Positions 33,083 to 43,073 of a stretch of 64,000 nucleotides of DNA are shown piece after piece. The notes under the pieces are model-generated. The model did no database searches, was not told where the DNA came from, and saw nothing but the letters and a program-made list of their open reading frames with translations. The stretch lies in contig CALSTM010000001.1 in NCBI GenBank assembly GCA_943789275.1, positions 396,902 to 460,901 on the forward strand, read 5' to 3'. This DNA comes from Candidatus Poseidoniaceae archaeon. GTDB taxonomy: Archaea > Thermoplasmatota > Poseidoniia > Poseidoniales > Poseidoniaceae. The position numbers and the translations under genes are program-made. Positions within the stretch are counted from its first letter, which is position 1. Every line of letters begins with the position of its first letter.

Positions 33083-36000
33083 TCACGAATGTGTTGTTGA
33101 GTCGTAATACACAACCCAGACTTCCGCATGGATGTTCCTCTGTCCGTTGCCGACGCCGTCCGAAGGGACATACTCCTGTCCGTTGAATAATCCTCGGTAT
33201 GTGAGGTGATTCACTCCACCGTTCATATCGCTCCAACTGGTGATGTCATATGTCCACTGCTTGACATCTTGGCCGGCACACCATCCTGCACGCCCGAACG
33301 GCCAACTGCCGAATTGGTTTGCAACGACTCCGTTCTCGACTTGGTTTTCGCAACCCTCGTTTGAATAGACGATTGGGTGCCATTCATACGTCGTGAATCC
33401 ATTCATCGAATAGTGATGTTCATGGTCGCAAAACTCAGCACAGTTTGCATTATCTTTGCCGAATCCGTGTCCAGTGATTGTTGCGACGATCTCTACTTTG
33501 TCTGCCCAAGCAGGAACGGTGAAATTGAGGTCACGGGTGTACTTCGATAGGTTGTTGTATGTACCGTCAAATTGACCGCCCGTAAATGCAAAATCTCCTG
33601 CTGCACTACGTAATCCACTCCCCCAGTTACTGAGCAGTACAGTGATGGTCAAGTCACCTTTGTTCGCTCCGCGGTATTTGAATGTTCGATTATCATCGTT
33701 TTCCAGCATGAAAAGATACGGTGAAATGTCTGTGAGCCACTTGCCTTCTCTTCCGTATGTCGTGATCCACCTCATGAATTCAGTACCGCAGGCAGAGGCA
33801 TTGTCTCGTTCACATATTCTGAGATTAGCCTCATAATCCCATTCATGGCAACCTCCGTATGTTCCATCGCTTTTTTGATAACGGTTCATGCGTTCGAGGC
33901 ACGCGTGTTCATGATAGACTTCCATTGTATCGTATTCTGTTAAATTACTTGGGAATACGGTGCTCATTGTTGAAGTAAATCCGCCGCCCCAGCCTCCTGT
34001 GTGGCGGTCGAAATCCATAATCGATACCTCTTGAATACCCGCGTCATATCTTCGGATTTCGACAGGGAATTCGGCATTCCACTGAATCGGTTCATGAATG
34101 AGATGTTTAGGATCGTTGTTGGATGAAGTCCAAGCATACAAACTGCCTGTTTCACGAGCCAATTGAAAACGGTCGATGCCCATGTACAACGGGGAATTGA
34201 AACTGGAAATCATCTGGCCTAAGCCTCCAGATATACTGTTTGCTCTCTGGTCGATGTAGTGTATTCGACCGTCCCATTCAGCCTCTTCACTCGGATTCAA
34301 GGCATTCTCTACCGCTGTTTTTTGGTTGACAACGTCGGCATGGTATGACGCATCAAATGAACCATAGAACACATGAACATTGTCTGGCATTGCTCGGAGG
34401 AAAGAACCGGGATTCTGCCCCCATGTTCCAGAATTGGAACTGCCGCTCGAATCGGTATACTTGAATAAGAAAAAGTAGATGTCGTATCCAGTCCATTGTT
34501 GTTGAAAGTTGAATGTGCCGTCAAGTGCTGGTACACTAAACTGAGGTACAGTTTGCATTGGTGCATTCAGTGACGACGAAGTTTTCCAAAGAACTGGAGA
34601 CTGAACAACGGCACACCCATCCATGTCGATTGTCCAACGTTCGGGTGAATTTGGGCACAGATCAACGTTTGCAAATACTCCATCGTTGTCGAGATCAGCA
34701 CAACCAAGAGAATTCACAATGAGTTGGGCTGGAGTTCCTGGGCATTGATCATCGAAATCGTTAACGCCGTCTGAATCAGTATCGCGTTGGACAGCTGCAC
34801 ATCCGTGTTCATCCACTTGCAGTTGAATCGGAGTTTCAGGACAGAGGTCGAGAGTAACTCCTGTATTGTTGACATCGTTTATCGAATCGTTATCATCATC
34901 CAAGTCTTCAGTCGCATCAGCGCAACCGTCGTCATCAAAATCTGTTGATTGGTCACGAATCCAGTTTGTAAGGCCCTTCGGGCAAGAATCCAATGTGTCG
35001 TTTAATCCGTCGTTATCGTCGTCGACGTCTTCGTCGAGGTCTGAACATCCATCCGCATCCCAATCGCTAAACGTGCTGGAACCCCAGCCTTGGAAACCTC
35101 TCGGGCATGAATCTACAATGTCGAGAATTCCGTCGTTATCGTCGTCATCGTCCTCATCAGCGTCGTGGCAACCATCTGAGTCATAGTCTGCATTTGGGAA
35201 ACTCACCCAGCCAAAAGAATTCGGACATAAGTCAAAATCGTCGCTAACACCATCGTTGTCATCGTCATTGTCTTCTTGCAAATCATGGCAACCGTCTTGG
35301 TCTTGGTCACTTGCAGGTGTTGAGGTCCATCCATCCGCCAAACCGTATCCGTTTGGGCATCGGTCTTCTTCATCAGGTATTCCATCCCCGTCAGAATCAT
35401 CTCCTTGATTTTCGAAAAGAATTTGAGAAACAACAGAGTCATTTTTCGGGGTAAACTCACCGCACTCTACGACCGTCAATATTTCAAATGAAGATTCTGA
35501 TTCTGACAAGTCTAACAGGGTTTTCCATGTTCCGTCATCCTTTACAACAGCAGATTTCATCGAATTTTCATCGAAATTGATTTTCAAAGTACATGTTGCA
35601 ATGTTGGCATGAGTCACCGTTCCTTCAAACCAAATGAGGCGCTGTTCTCCAATCTCAACAAAGACAGGAGCACTAAGAATTGGAGCATCTTCATCCACAG
35701 GAGAAACTGAAATGGTGTGGGTGAGACGTTCAGGCTTTGGTTCTAAGAACACTGCATTATTGAGCGCTTCAAATTGAATTTGAACCGTATAATCCCCTAA
35801 GTTCTCCGGTACAAAAGACAATTCAAACCCTTGATTGGTTGCTGTCCAACCATAGGCTGCGAGGGCCGTAAACTCTGGAGTGAGAATTGTTGGCTGAGCT
35901 TGCCATTGCTCGCCTTCACTGGTGACACTGATTTGAAGAACGATCGGAGTACCATCGAGAAATGCTTTTTCCGGCAAGGCTCCCCAAGTTGAGCTCAGTA

Positions 36001-36124
36001 ATACGGTATTGTTGAGTTCAGAATCAGTATCTGGAGTTTCCGTTTCTGTCTCAGTTCCTGATAAACAACCTGAAACAACGAGCAATCCGACAAGCAGAAT
36101 GGCGTGGAGTGAGCGTCCTTCCAT
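33083..36124 (-). CDS. giant secreted protein: N-terminal Ig-like region, thrombospondin type-3 repeats, C-terminal Cys/His/Trp-rich domain
   Basis: Lipobox-like signal MEGRSLHAILLVGLLVVSGC. Canonical TSP3 repeats (DSDGDGIPDEEDRCPNGYG, DQDQDGCHDLQEDNDDDNDGVSDDFDLCPNSFG, and others). C-terminal approx. 480 aa with ITGHGFG...CAEFCDHEHH. Confidence 0.65.
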   Translation of the reverse strand: MEGRSLHAILLVGLLVVSGCLSGTETETETPDTDSELNNTVLLSSTWGALPEKAFLDGTPIVLQISVTSEGEQWQAQPTILTPEFTALAAYGWTATNQGFELSFVPENLGDYTVQIQFEALNNAVFLEPKPERLTHTISVSPVDEDAPILSAPVFVEIGEQRLIWFEGTVTHANIATCTLKINFDENSMKSAVVKDDGTWKTLLDLSESESSFEILTVVECGEFTPKNDSVVSQILFENQGDDSDGDGIPDEEDRCPNGYGLADGWTSTPASDQDQDGCHDLQEDNDDDNDGVSDDFDLCPNSFGWVSFPNADYDSDGCHDADEDDDDDNDGILDIVDSCPRGFQGWGSSTFSDWDADGCSDLDEDVDDDNDGLNDTLDSCPKGLTNWIRDQSTDFDDDGCADATEDLDDDNDSINDVNNTGVTLDLCPETPIQLQVDEHGCAAVQRDTDSDGVNDFDDQCPGTPAQLIVNSLGCADLDNDGVFANVDLCPNSPERWTIDMDGCAVVQSPVLWKTSSSLNAPMQTVPQFSVPALDGTFNFQQQWTGYDIYFFLFKYTDSSGSSNSGTWGQNPGSFLRAMPDNVHVFYGSFDASYHADVVNQKTAVENALNPSEEAEWDGRIHYIDQRANSISGGLGQMISSFNSPLYMGIDRFQLARETGSLYAWTSSNNDPKHLIHEPIQWNAEFPVEIRRYDAGIQEVSIMDFDRHTGGWGGGFTSTMSTVFPSNLTEYDTMEVYHEHACLERMNRYQKSDGTYGGCHEWDYEANLRICERDNASACGTEFMRWITTYGREGKWLTDISPYLFMLENDDNRTFKYRGANKGDLTITVLLSNWGSGLRSAAGDFAFTGGQFDGTYNNLSKYTRDLNFTVPAWADKVEIVATITGHGFGKDNANCAEFCDHEHHYSMNGFTTYEWHPIVYSNEGCENQVENGVVANQFGSWPFGRAGWCAGQDVKQWTYDITSWSDMNGGVNHLTYRGLFNGQEYVPSDGVGNGQRNIHAEVWVVYYDSTTHS

Positions 36125-36162
36125 GGCGTGAATACTTCGATGAGATTGATGAATGTTTCCAA

Positions 36163-37308
36163 TCACACTGGAACAGATTCTGCACGTCCATCGTTGGTTG
36201 GTAGAATTGAAATTGCGGACGTTGAGGTCGGGTGATGTACTGCAAGCGGCAATACCCACAAGAGTGGCCCTCCTTTGGTGCGTTGAATTCGGACAATGAC
36301 TTCCCAGTGTATGCGTATGAGGCCGCTTGAGACGGTACCTGGCCAGTTCAATGTTGGGGGTTCAAGAATCATTACCTGGTCACTGAGAGGAATTTTCCCG
36401 GCAGTTTCCATGCTACGCATCGGTCGAAGAAATAACCCTCCCTTCATCTCTCGAGTTTCCATTGGTGCCTCCTCGCCTCCACCAGTACCGTCATCGAGAC
36501 CCATTTCCCAGTGGTGTGGTAATTCGGTTGTGAGGCCCGCTGGAGGCTGTTTTGTTTCAGCAACACCGAGGTTGCGGAAGATTTCTTCGCGTGCGGGAGG
36601 AAGTGCACCTACACGCCATAGAATCTCGATGTCGTTCCAGTCTTCTCGTTTCTCGTCGATAGTAACTTTGATTTTTAGTGGCTCCCCTGCAATGGGTTGT
36701 TCTACCAATGTGACAACAGGGTCAACAGGTTTGGATTTCAAAAAATTCTGTTGCTGCATCAAGTCTGCCAAATTCGCCCCAACCCTGAGGGCAAGTGGGA
36801 CAAAAAGGAAAGGAACGACAATGATTGCCAGCAGGGGATAATCGAGTAAACCTATTCGAACAGTAGCTGTGCCGATTCCAGGCACTCCGAGTGAACGAAG
36901 GAACGGTTCGATGAATAAATATCCGAGAGTAATGAGTAAAATGATAACCGTTTTGGAAATGAAGTTTCGCACCGCTGCGTGTATTGGGTTTGGTGTGAGA
37001 TACCATCCCTGCCGTTGCTTATTGACGGGCAGTGGTTTCTTGTTTTTTTCCAGTACATTATCCTCCCTCTCTACTCCTTCATCACGAAATGGCACCCCAT
37101 CGATGAGGTACCTTTGTTCAACAAGCCACGATGCTTCATCACCGAGTTTAAAACTCGGAGCGAGTGATTGAAGAGAGCGTACAAGTTCTTCGTAATCGCC
37201 TGTTCCCACCGTGTCGACTGAACGAACAATGGGGAGTTCGGCCGGAATGAATCTGTGTGGTTCAAATGGAGGATACCGAATACGCTGTTCGACTTGTAAT
37301 TCAACCAC
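36163..37308 (-). CDS. hypothetical membrane protein (2-3 TM), co-directional and 9 bp downstream of the geranylgeranyl reductase gene
   Basis: 381-aa intact ORF with hydrophobic helices (TVIILLITLGYLFI, LLAIIVVPFLFVPLAL). No known motif. Confidence 0.45.
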   Translation of the reverse strand: MVELQVEQRIRYPPFEPHRFIPAELPIVRSVDTVGTGDYEELVRSLQSLAPSFKLGDEASWLVEQRYLIDGVPFRDEGVEREDNVLEKNKKPLPVNKQRQGWYLTPNPIHAAVRNFISKTVIILLITLGYLFIEPFLRSLGVPGIGTATVRIGLLDYPLLAIIVVPFLFVPLALRVGANLADLMQQQNFLKSKPVDPVVTLVEQPIAGEPLKIKVTIDEKREDWNDIEILWRVGALPPAREEIFRNLGVAETKQPPAGLTTELPHHWEMGLDDGTGGGEEAPMETREMKGGLFLRPMRSMETAGKIPLSDQVMILEPPTLNWPGTVSSGLIRIHWEVIVRIQRTKGGPLLWVLPLAVHHPTSTSAISILPTNDGRAESVPV

Positions 37309-37317
37309 AACAGCACC

Positions 37318-38532
37318 TCATCTAAACAAGAGTTTCGACCCTGCTCTCAATGCAAGTTTACGGAAGGCGGGAACTTTCTTCACCAACGCTAATCCAAGGG
37401 GGACTGGCTTCTCAATATCACCAATTTCATTGATGAGTTCAAGAACATCAGGTCGAGCAAAATTTGTAAAATGTCCATCAAGTTCAGCATCGCTCACATC
37501 ACTCACCAGTAGATTACGAAGGGCTCGTGCTTTGTCCTGATCCTTCTTCATGGCCTTGAAATGCTTTGAACTAATTTTGGTCAGATGCTTTTCCGATAAA
37601 TTGTCATCGGATATGGCTTGACTCAACGGTTTTAGAATCCCGCTGATTTGTCGAAATCCTGGCCCAATACCCCCACCTGTCGTCGGCTTAGCCATGCCTG
37701 CAGCGTCTCCTAATAGCATGACTCGGTTCTTGACGGTGTTCTTCACCATGCCACTTGGAATTGGTCCGCAGAAGCGGGCTACTTCCTTGATATTGGAAAA
37801 TCTGTCTTTCCAAAGTGGATGAGATTTCAAATCGTCGTAACACTGTTCGACACTTCTTCCTTTCAGACGTTCTGGTGTCGACCATACACCGATTCGATGT
37901 GTTCCAAAACCCGACGGAATGACCCAGGCAAAGAATCCCGGAGCAATTTCGGAACCACTGTACATGTCGAGCCATCGGTTGCTTCCTTCGTATCCAAGAA
38001 CTTCGGCCTGGAATCCAATCATCATCTCTTTGGGCCTTCCCATTTTGAAATGTCGGCGAGTCCAACTGTGCGCACCGTCACACCCGATGAGGAGTTTACA
38101 CGTCAGAGAAATCAACTCACCGTTTGATTCAACTTCCAGAGCCACATGTTCATCGGTAACTGCTGCATTGACTGGCCGTGAATCCAGCCATAGGCTTGCA
38201 CCGGCTTCCATGCCTTGTTGTACAACGCCTTGGTCGAATTTCTTCCGACATACGACGTATGTTCTCAATTTACCATCCGTGCCAACAGGCACAAGTGTTC
38301 CGCTTGGGCCGTGTATTCGAGCACCATCGACTTCTTCGAGCACCGAATCATACAAACCCACTTCTTTGAGTGCTTTTGGAGTTACGAGGCCAGCGCATTG
38401 GAATGGTCTTCCGATTTCAGTGTGTTCTTCAAGCATCAAAACACGGTGTCCGAGTGCTGCCAAATGTGTAGCAGCTCGACCACCCGTTGGGCCTGCGCCA
38501 ACGATGATGACATCCCATTCGGACTGCTTCAT
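37318..38532 (-). CDS. FAD-dependent geranylgeranyl reductase family oxidoreductase
   Basis: DVIIVGAGPTGGRAA FAD-binding GxGxxG. GGR-family internal motifs (CDGAHS, LLGDAAG) and C-terminal helical extension. Confidence 0.75.
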   Translation of the reverse strand: MKQSEWDVIIVGAGPTGGRAATHLAALGHRVLMLEEHTEIGRPFQCAGLVTPKALKEVGLYDSVLEEVDGARIHGPSGTLVPVGTDGKLRTYVVCRKKFDQGVVQQGMEAGASLWLDSRPVNAAVTDEHVALEVESNGELISLTCKLLIGCDGAHSWTRRHFKMGRPKEMMIGFQAEVLGYEGSNRWLDMYSGSEIAPGFFAWVIPSGFGTHRIGVWSTPERLKGRSVEQCYDDLKSHPLWKDRFSNIKEVARFCGPIPSGMVKNTVKNRVMLLGDAAGMAKPTTGGGIGPGFRQISGILKPLSQAISDDNLSEKHLTKISSKHFKAMKKDQDKARALRNLLVSDVSDAELDGHFTNFARPDVLELINEIGDIEKPVPLGLALVKKVPAFRKLALRAGSKLLFR

Positions 38533-38594
38533 GTTGTGAGTGCGTAGCCGGTTGAACATCAACCTTCGCTCTCATTCCGGGCAAACAGTGGGTT

Positions 38595-41342
38595 CTAACG
38601 CTTAGCAAATTTATAGCCAATACTTTCGTTTTTCTTCAAATACAGTTTTGATGAGAAAGGTTTTCCAGTTTTCTTTGAAAGAAAATCATCAAACGGTCCG
38701 ATTTCCTTCTTTTCAATGAGTATTTTGGCCTCTTCACGGGTAATCTCGCGCTTTGACACTTCCCTCGCAATTTGAATCGAGCATCCACTTGAACCTGCTT
38801 CAGGTTGGTAATGCGTTTCTGTTTCGACAATGTTGACCTTATGCGTTGGACAAACTCCAACAACACCTTCTACGATTGGGAAACGAGTTGCGTCAGCAGC
38901 AGCTTCTCGAGGTGGGAATTCAAACTTAATCCGGGTCTTATCGAGTACCAGGAAAGCCTTGAATGGACGACCGCGTTTTGATATGAAGTCTTCCAAGAGT
39001 TCGGATTTACCGTTCTCGAGGATGGATTTCGCTTCTTCAGGGCTGATTGGGCGTTTGCACATTTCTTTCGAAACACCTCGGAATTTACACTCATCATGAT
39101 CGCAAGCATACATTGTCTGGCCAATTCGAACAGTTCCGTGGTCACACAATGGACATGCACACACTTCTTCATCAGACGCATCAGATGAGGATTCTCCGCC
39201 ACCAATAAACTCGACTTTCCCTTCATCGGAAATTTTGACCGTTGCGATGTACGGTTCGCCGGAACGGTTGAAGAATCCATGAAGGTCCTCAATTTGACGG
39301 CTGGCAAGCAGTCGCTGAGCAGTTTTTTGGTCAAACCAACGTCCTGAAGTATCTTTCCAAAACACAAAGGAACAGCCTTTGTCTCTGCCTTCGTTCTTTT
39401 CGCATTGGTAATTCAATGTTGTTTCAATGATTTTACCTGAGCATACTGTGCATGAACCAATTGACGGCTCATTTTGATACAATTCAGCCCGGTCGTGGTT
39501 CTTTATTCGCTCTACCATGACTCTGGTTTGTTCAATAACTGCGTTCATGTAGTTCTCTCGTGGTTCATCCCCTCGTTGCACACGCAAAAGTGAAGATTCC
39601 ATTTCACCCGTCATCTCAGGGGAAGTAATCCATTCAACCGGAATCTTACGAAGAACATCAATGATTCGAATTCCGTGTGCAGTAGCACTGATACTTCCTG
39701 CCCGTGAGCGTTGAATATAGCCTCTGTCCACCAATTTTTCAATTGTGTCTGCCCGAGTTGCTGGGGTCCCTAGTCCTTTGTCCTTCATTGCATCGGCCAA
39801 GGCTTCGTCATCCACTTGCTTCCCAGCATGTTCCATCAATCGAAGTAATCCTGCTTCCTTCAATCGACCCTTTGGCTTTGACTTCTCTTCCGCAAATTCA
39901 TAGGATTCAACATCTGCATCGCAAGGGTTGGTGGGCAAAACATTCCAATCTTCTGGAAGGGATTGTTTCTTCGGTCGAACTGCTCTCCAACCTGGTGTTT
40001 TGATTTGTCGTGCTTCTTTGGAAAATTGTTCACCTTCAAGTGTTGCTGTTCGCTTTTGAACATCCCAAACCGCTTCAGGATGCCAAGAAGCGAGGAATGT
40101 ACGCACAATGAGGTCGTACAATCTCTTGTGGTCTGGACTCAAATTCGAGTCTGGTATTTTTCCTGTTGGAATAATCGCAAAGTGATCGCTTACCTTACTG
40201 TTGTCAAAGTTGCGACCTGCATTCTTCATTCCATCATCCACAATACGTTTTGAGTGGGTATTGTAATCGTCTTGTGCTCCAAGCTGACGGACAATTTTGG
40301 CAATTTCTTCATGCATATCTTCTGGAAGGTGGCGTGAATCAGTACGTGGGTAGGTTGTTAACTTGTGAGAGTCGTACAGGTCTTGAGCTACTCCAAGCGT
40401 CCTTTTTGCTGACCAACTGAACATACTGTTGGCTTCACGTTGGAGCGTGGTCAAATCAAAATTAAGAGGAGGCTTCTCCTTTGCATCTCTTTGCGTCTGT
40501 CGAACCGAAGCAGGTTGGCCGGATTCCAGAATCTTGAGGAGACGGTCGTGTTCCGATTGTTCGACAATTCGGTGAGGCTTGTAATCCGGTTGGTCTGGGT
40601 CGTCTACGTGGTTTTGCCTCTCCCAGCGCCCAGTCCATTTCGCATCACCAGATTTGAACACTGCTTCGAGTTGCCAAAACGGTAAAGGTATGTGTGCAAG
40701 TACATTCAGTTCATGTTCTACGATCATTGCGAGAGTGGCGGTTTGAACTCGCCCAAGAGAGATTGCTACTCGTTCATTCTTCTTACGTGGAAGGAAAGAG
40801 TTGGCGACTCGAGAGCCATTCATCCCAATAATCCAATCGGCCTCGGAACGAGAATAGGCTGCATCACGTAGAGCACTGTATTCGTCTCCATCAGCCCTTG
40901 AATTCCATGCTTGTTGAATGGAATCCTTGGTCATTGATTGCAACCACATCCGAGAAGTTTTTGTTTTTGATTTGGAATGCTGAACAATTGTTCGGAAAAT
41001 CAGTTCGCCCTCTCGGGCAGCGTCGCATGCGTTCACGATTTCAGTCACGCCTTTCGATTTAATCAGTTTGTTAATCGCAGACAACTGCTTTTTTCCTCGT
41101 CCACCGATAGGTTTGTATTCAAATTGTTCGGGAATATAGGGGAGTCTGTCAATGGTTTTTCTCCAGTCTTTGAACGCTTCATCGTAGTCGTCCATGTACT
41201 TGAGTTGTAACAAATGACCGATCGCCCAAGTCACGACGATGTCCTTTCCTTCCCAGTGCGTATCCTTTTTCGAAGAGGCTCCGAGAACCTTTGCGATGTC
41301 ATTGGCAACACTCGGTTTCTCGGCAATGATGACAACGCTCAT
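38595..41342 (-). CDS. topA: DNA topoisomerase I (type IA) with C-terminal zinc-ribbon domains
   Basis: Toprim N-terminus MSVVIIAEKPSVANDIAKVLG. Active-site region with GxxxYPRTDS (TTYPRTDSR). Cys4 ribbons (CTVCSGK...CEKNEG..C; CACPLCDHG...CDHDEC). No helicase domain, so this is not reverse gyrase. Confidence 0.85.
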   Translation of the reverse strand: MSVVIIAEKPSVANDIAKVLGASSKKDTHWEGKDIVVTWAIGHLLQLKYMDDYDEAFKDWRKTIDRLPYIPEQFEYKPIGGRGKKQLSAINKLIKSKGVTEIVNACDAAREGELIFRTIVQHSKSKTKTSRMWLQSMTKDSIQQAWNSRADGDEYSALRDAAYSRSEADWIIGMNGSRVANSFLPRKKNERVAISLGRVQTATLAMIVEHELNVLAHIPLPFWQLEAVFKSGDAKWTGRWERQNHVDDPDQPDYKPHRIVEQSEHDRLLKILESGQPASVRQTQRDAKEKPPLNFDLTTLQREANSMFSWSAKRTLGVAQDLYDSHKLTTYPRTDSRHLPEDMHEEIAKIVRQLGAQDDYNTHSKRIVDDGMKNAGRNFDNSKVSDHFAIIPTGKIPDSNLSPDHKRLYDLIVRTFLASWHPEAVWDVQKRTATLEGEQFSKEARQIKTPGWRAVRPKKQSLPEDWNVLPTNPCDADVESYEFAEEKSKPKGRLKEAGLLRLMEHAGKQVDDEALADAMKDKGLGTPATRADTIEKLVDRGYIQRSRAGSISATAHGIRIIDVLRKIPVEWITSPEMTGEMESSLLRVQRGDEPRENYMNAVIEQTRVMVERIKNHDRAELYQNEPSIGSCTVCSGKIIETTLNYQCEKNEGRDKGCSFVFWKDTSGRWFDQKTAQRLLASRQIEDLHGFFNRSGEPYIATVKISDEGKVEFIGGGESSSDASDEEVCACPLCDHGTVRIGQTMYACDHDECKFRGVSKEMCKRPISPEEAKSILENGKSELLEDFISKRGRPFKAFLVLDKTRIKFEFPPREAAADATRFPIVEGVVGVCPTHKVNIVETETHYQPEAGSSGCSIQIAREVSKREITREEAKILIEKKEIGPFDDFLSKKTGKPFSSKLYLKKNESIGYKFAKR

Positions 41343-41398
41343 GGTTTGACATGCGACCGACGAGGCTACTTGAACTCTCTCATTTGCAGACTACATAG

Positions 41399-41418
41399 AC
41401 AGATACTCTTGTATCTGT
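41399..41418. promoter_or_regulatory. perfect 8-bp inverted repeat (acagatac-tctt-gtatctgt) between the 145-aa ORF and topA
   Basis: Read directly from the sequence. Lies 56 bp upstream of the topA start codon on the minus strand. No oligo-T tract follows it. Confidence 0.2.
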
Positions 41419-41447
41419 TCGGGTAAATCAGGCCATTCATCAACATT

Positions 41448-41885
41448 TTATTCCGAGAGCCGAAGACGATTCTTTGCCTCATCCCATGGCAATTCTGAAT
41501 TTGGCCCACCGCATCCTACGCATCCGGGATAACCTGCCTCATGCAAGTCTCTGCATGACTCAAGGAGATTTTGCCATCCATCCTCAACGGTCATTTTTAC
41601 CCATCGTACTGATGCATTTGGTTCCTTCATTCCAACATGTGCCAAATGTTGCCTAACGCCCGTTTCCTCATTCATTTGGAATATACCGATGGAATTCAAA
41701 TCCGTTCCTTCATAAATTGGATAGTTCGACTTTGCAGGTTGAAAATCACTCATCTGAAGGAGCAACTGTTCAAACTCCTTGCCGAAGCGTTTTGGTAATT
41801 CAATGACTAAATTGTCTTCCCTGAGGATGAGTCTTGAGGTCTCCCTGACCACTGGCCACAGCGGTTCATCCATGCGCATATACAA
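41448..41885 (-). CDS. hypothetical protein with C-terminal GYPGCVGCGGPN motif
   Basis: 145-aa intact ORF upstream of topA on the same strand. Cys-Val-Gly-Cys near the C-terminus. No family recognised. Confidence 0.4.
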   Translation of the reverse strand: MYMRMDEPLWPVVRETSRLILREDNLVIELPKRFGKEFEQLLLQMSDFQPAKSNYPIYEGTDLNSIGIFQMNEETGVRQHLAHVGMKEPNASVRWVKMTVEDGWQNLLESCRDLHEAGYPGCVGCGGPNSELPWDEAKNRLRLSE

Positions 41886-41932
41886 CCCGATGAGGCGGAA
41901 GTCTTGAAGGATACCGATTCAACCAGTACAAC

Positions 41933-43063
41933 ATGGGCATCGGTTATCGTATCTTTGTCCGACCGATGTTACGATTCCAAGACTCGGAGAAAGCACATTC
42001 ACGTGCATTGAAAATGCTACGCCTCTTGAGTTCAAACATCTTGTCTCGACCGGTTTTATCTCTTCTCTACAAACCTCGTAAGTTGCTTCCAATCGAATGT
42101 TTTGGCACCACATACAAGCACCCATTTGGCAACGCAGCAGGATTGGACAAGCGAGCAGAGGCACTCAGGGGTTGGGATGCTCTAGGGCTTTCATTTATCG
42201 AAATTGGAGGAGTTACTGAACACGAACAAGATGGAAACCCCAAACCACGCATGTTCCGAGCCTCAACTTCCAAAGCTCTCGTGAACAGAATGGGGTTCAA
42301 TAATCCAGGTTCACAAAAAGTAGCATTGACTCTTGAACGGCATTTTTCGAACACGGGACCTCCAACTGTACCCCTTTGGGCAAACCTTGGAAAATCAAAG
42401 CGGACAGAACTCGAACTCGCACCTTCAGACTATGCGGCCTCAATGGATCGTTTATGGAAGTTCTGCGATGTATTTGTCATCAACGTGTCTTCCCCAAACA
42501 CGCCTAATCTACGTGAATTACAACACGACGATGCCCTCGAATCTATCGTTCAAGCATGTCAAAAAATCAACCGCAAATATGCAGATTCAACCAACAGCAA
42601 ACCAAAGCCACTACTTGTTAAGATTGCACCGGATCTGAATGATGTTCAGCTAAAGGCTGTTGTGCAAACTGCAAGGGATGCAGGCTGCGACGGTATTGTG
42701 GCTACCAATACGACCATAGAACGTCCGAGTTCATATCCAGCGAACGAAGAAAAAGTATTTTCTCAAACCGGCGGAATGAGTGGTTCACCTCTCACGACTC
42801 GTTCAACTTCGATGATTCACAAAATCTATGCGATGACCGATGGCAAATGGCCTATTGTTGGTGTCGGAGGTATATCCACTGCTGAGGAGGCTTGGGAAAA
42901 AATTGGAGCAGGTGCCACATTAATCCAGGCTTACAGTGGGTTTGTTTTTGAAGGCGCATCGATCACCAAATCCATTGTTCACGGTTTGGACAAAAAGTTG
43001 CGCGAGCATGGATTTGCAACGCTAAACGAAGCGGTGGGTTTTTCACACCGGGACACGTCATGA
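41933..43063 (+). CDS. pyrD: dihydroorotate dehydrogenase, class 2 (quinone-dependent)
   Basis: N-terminal membrane-association helix, then FGNAAGLDK, GFIEIGGVT, NVSSPNTPNLR, GGIS...A motifs. 376 aa. Confidence 0.8.
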   Translation: MGIGYRIFVRPMLRFQDSEKAHSRALKMLRLLSSNILSRPVLSLLYKPRKLLPIECFGTTYKHPFGNAAGLDKRAEALRGWDALGLSFIEIGGVTEHEQDGNPKPRMFRASTSKALVNRMGFNNPGSQKVALTLERHFSNTGPPTVPLWANLGKSKRTELELAPSDYAASMDRLWKFCDVFVINVSSPNTPNLRELQHDDALESIVQACQKINRKYADSTNSKPKPLLVKIAPDLNDVQLKAVVQTARDAGCDGIVATNTTIERPSSYPANEEKVFSQTGGMSGSPLTTRSTSMIHKIYAMTDGKWPIVGVGGISTAEEAWEKIGAGATLIQAYSGFVFEGASITKSIVHGLDKKLREHGFATLNEAVGFSHRDTS

Positions 43064-43073
43064 AGGTGTTCAA

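Noticed and set aside
38595-41342. Reverse gyrase
   Set aside because: The protein starts directly with the Toprim/topoisomerase IA domain and has no N-terminal helicase (Walker A/DEAD) module. It is a topoisomerase I with zinc ribbons.
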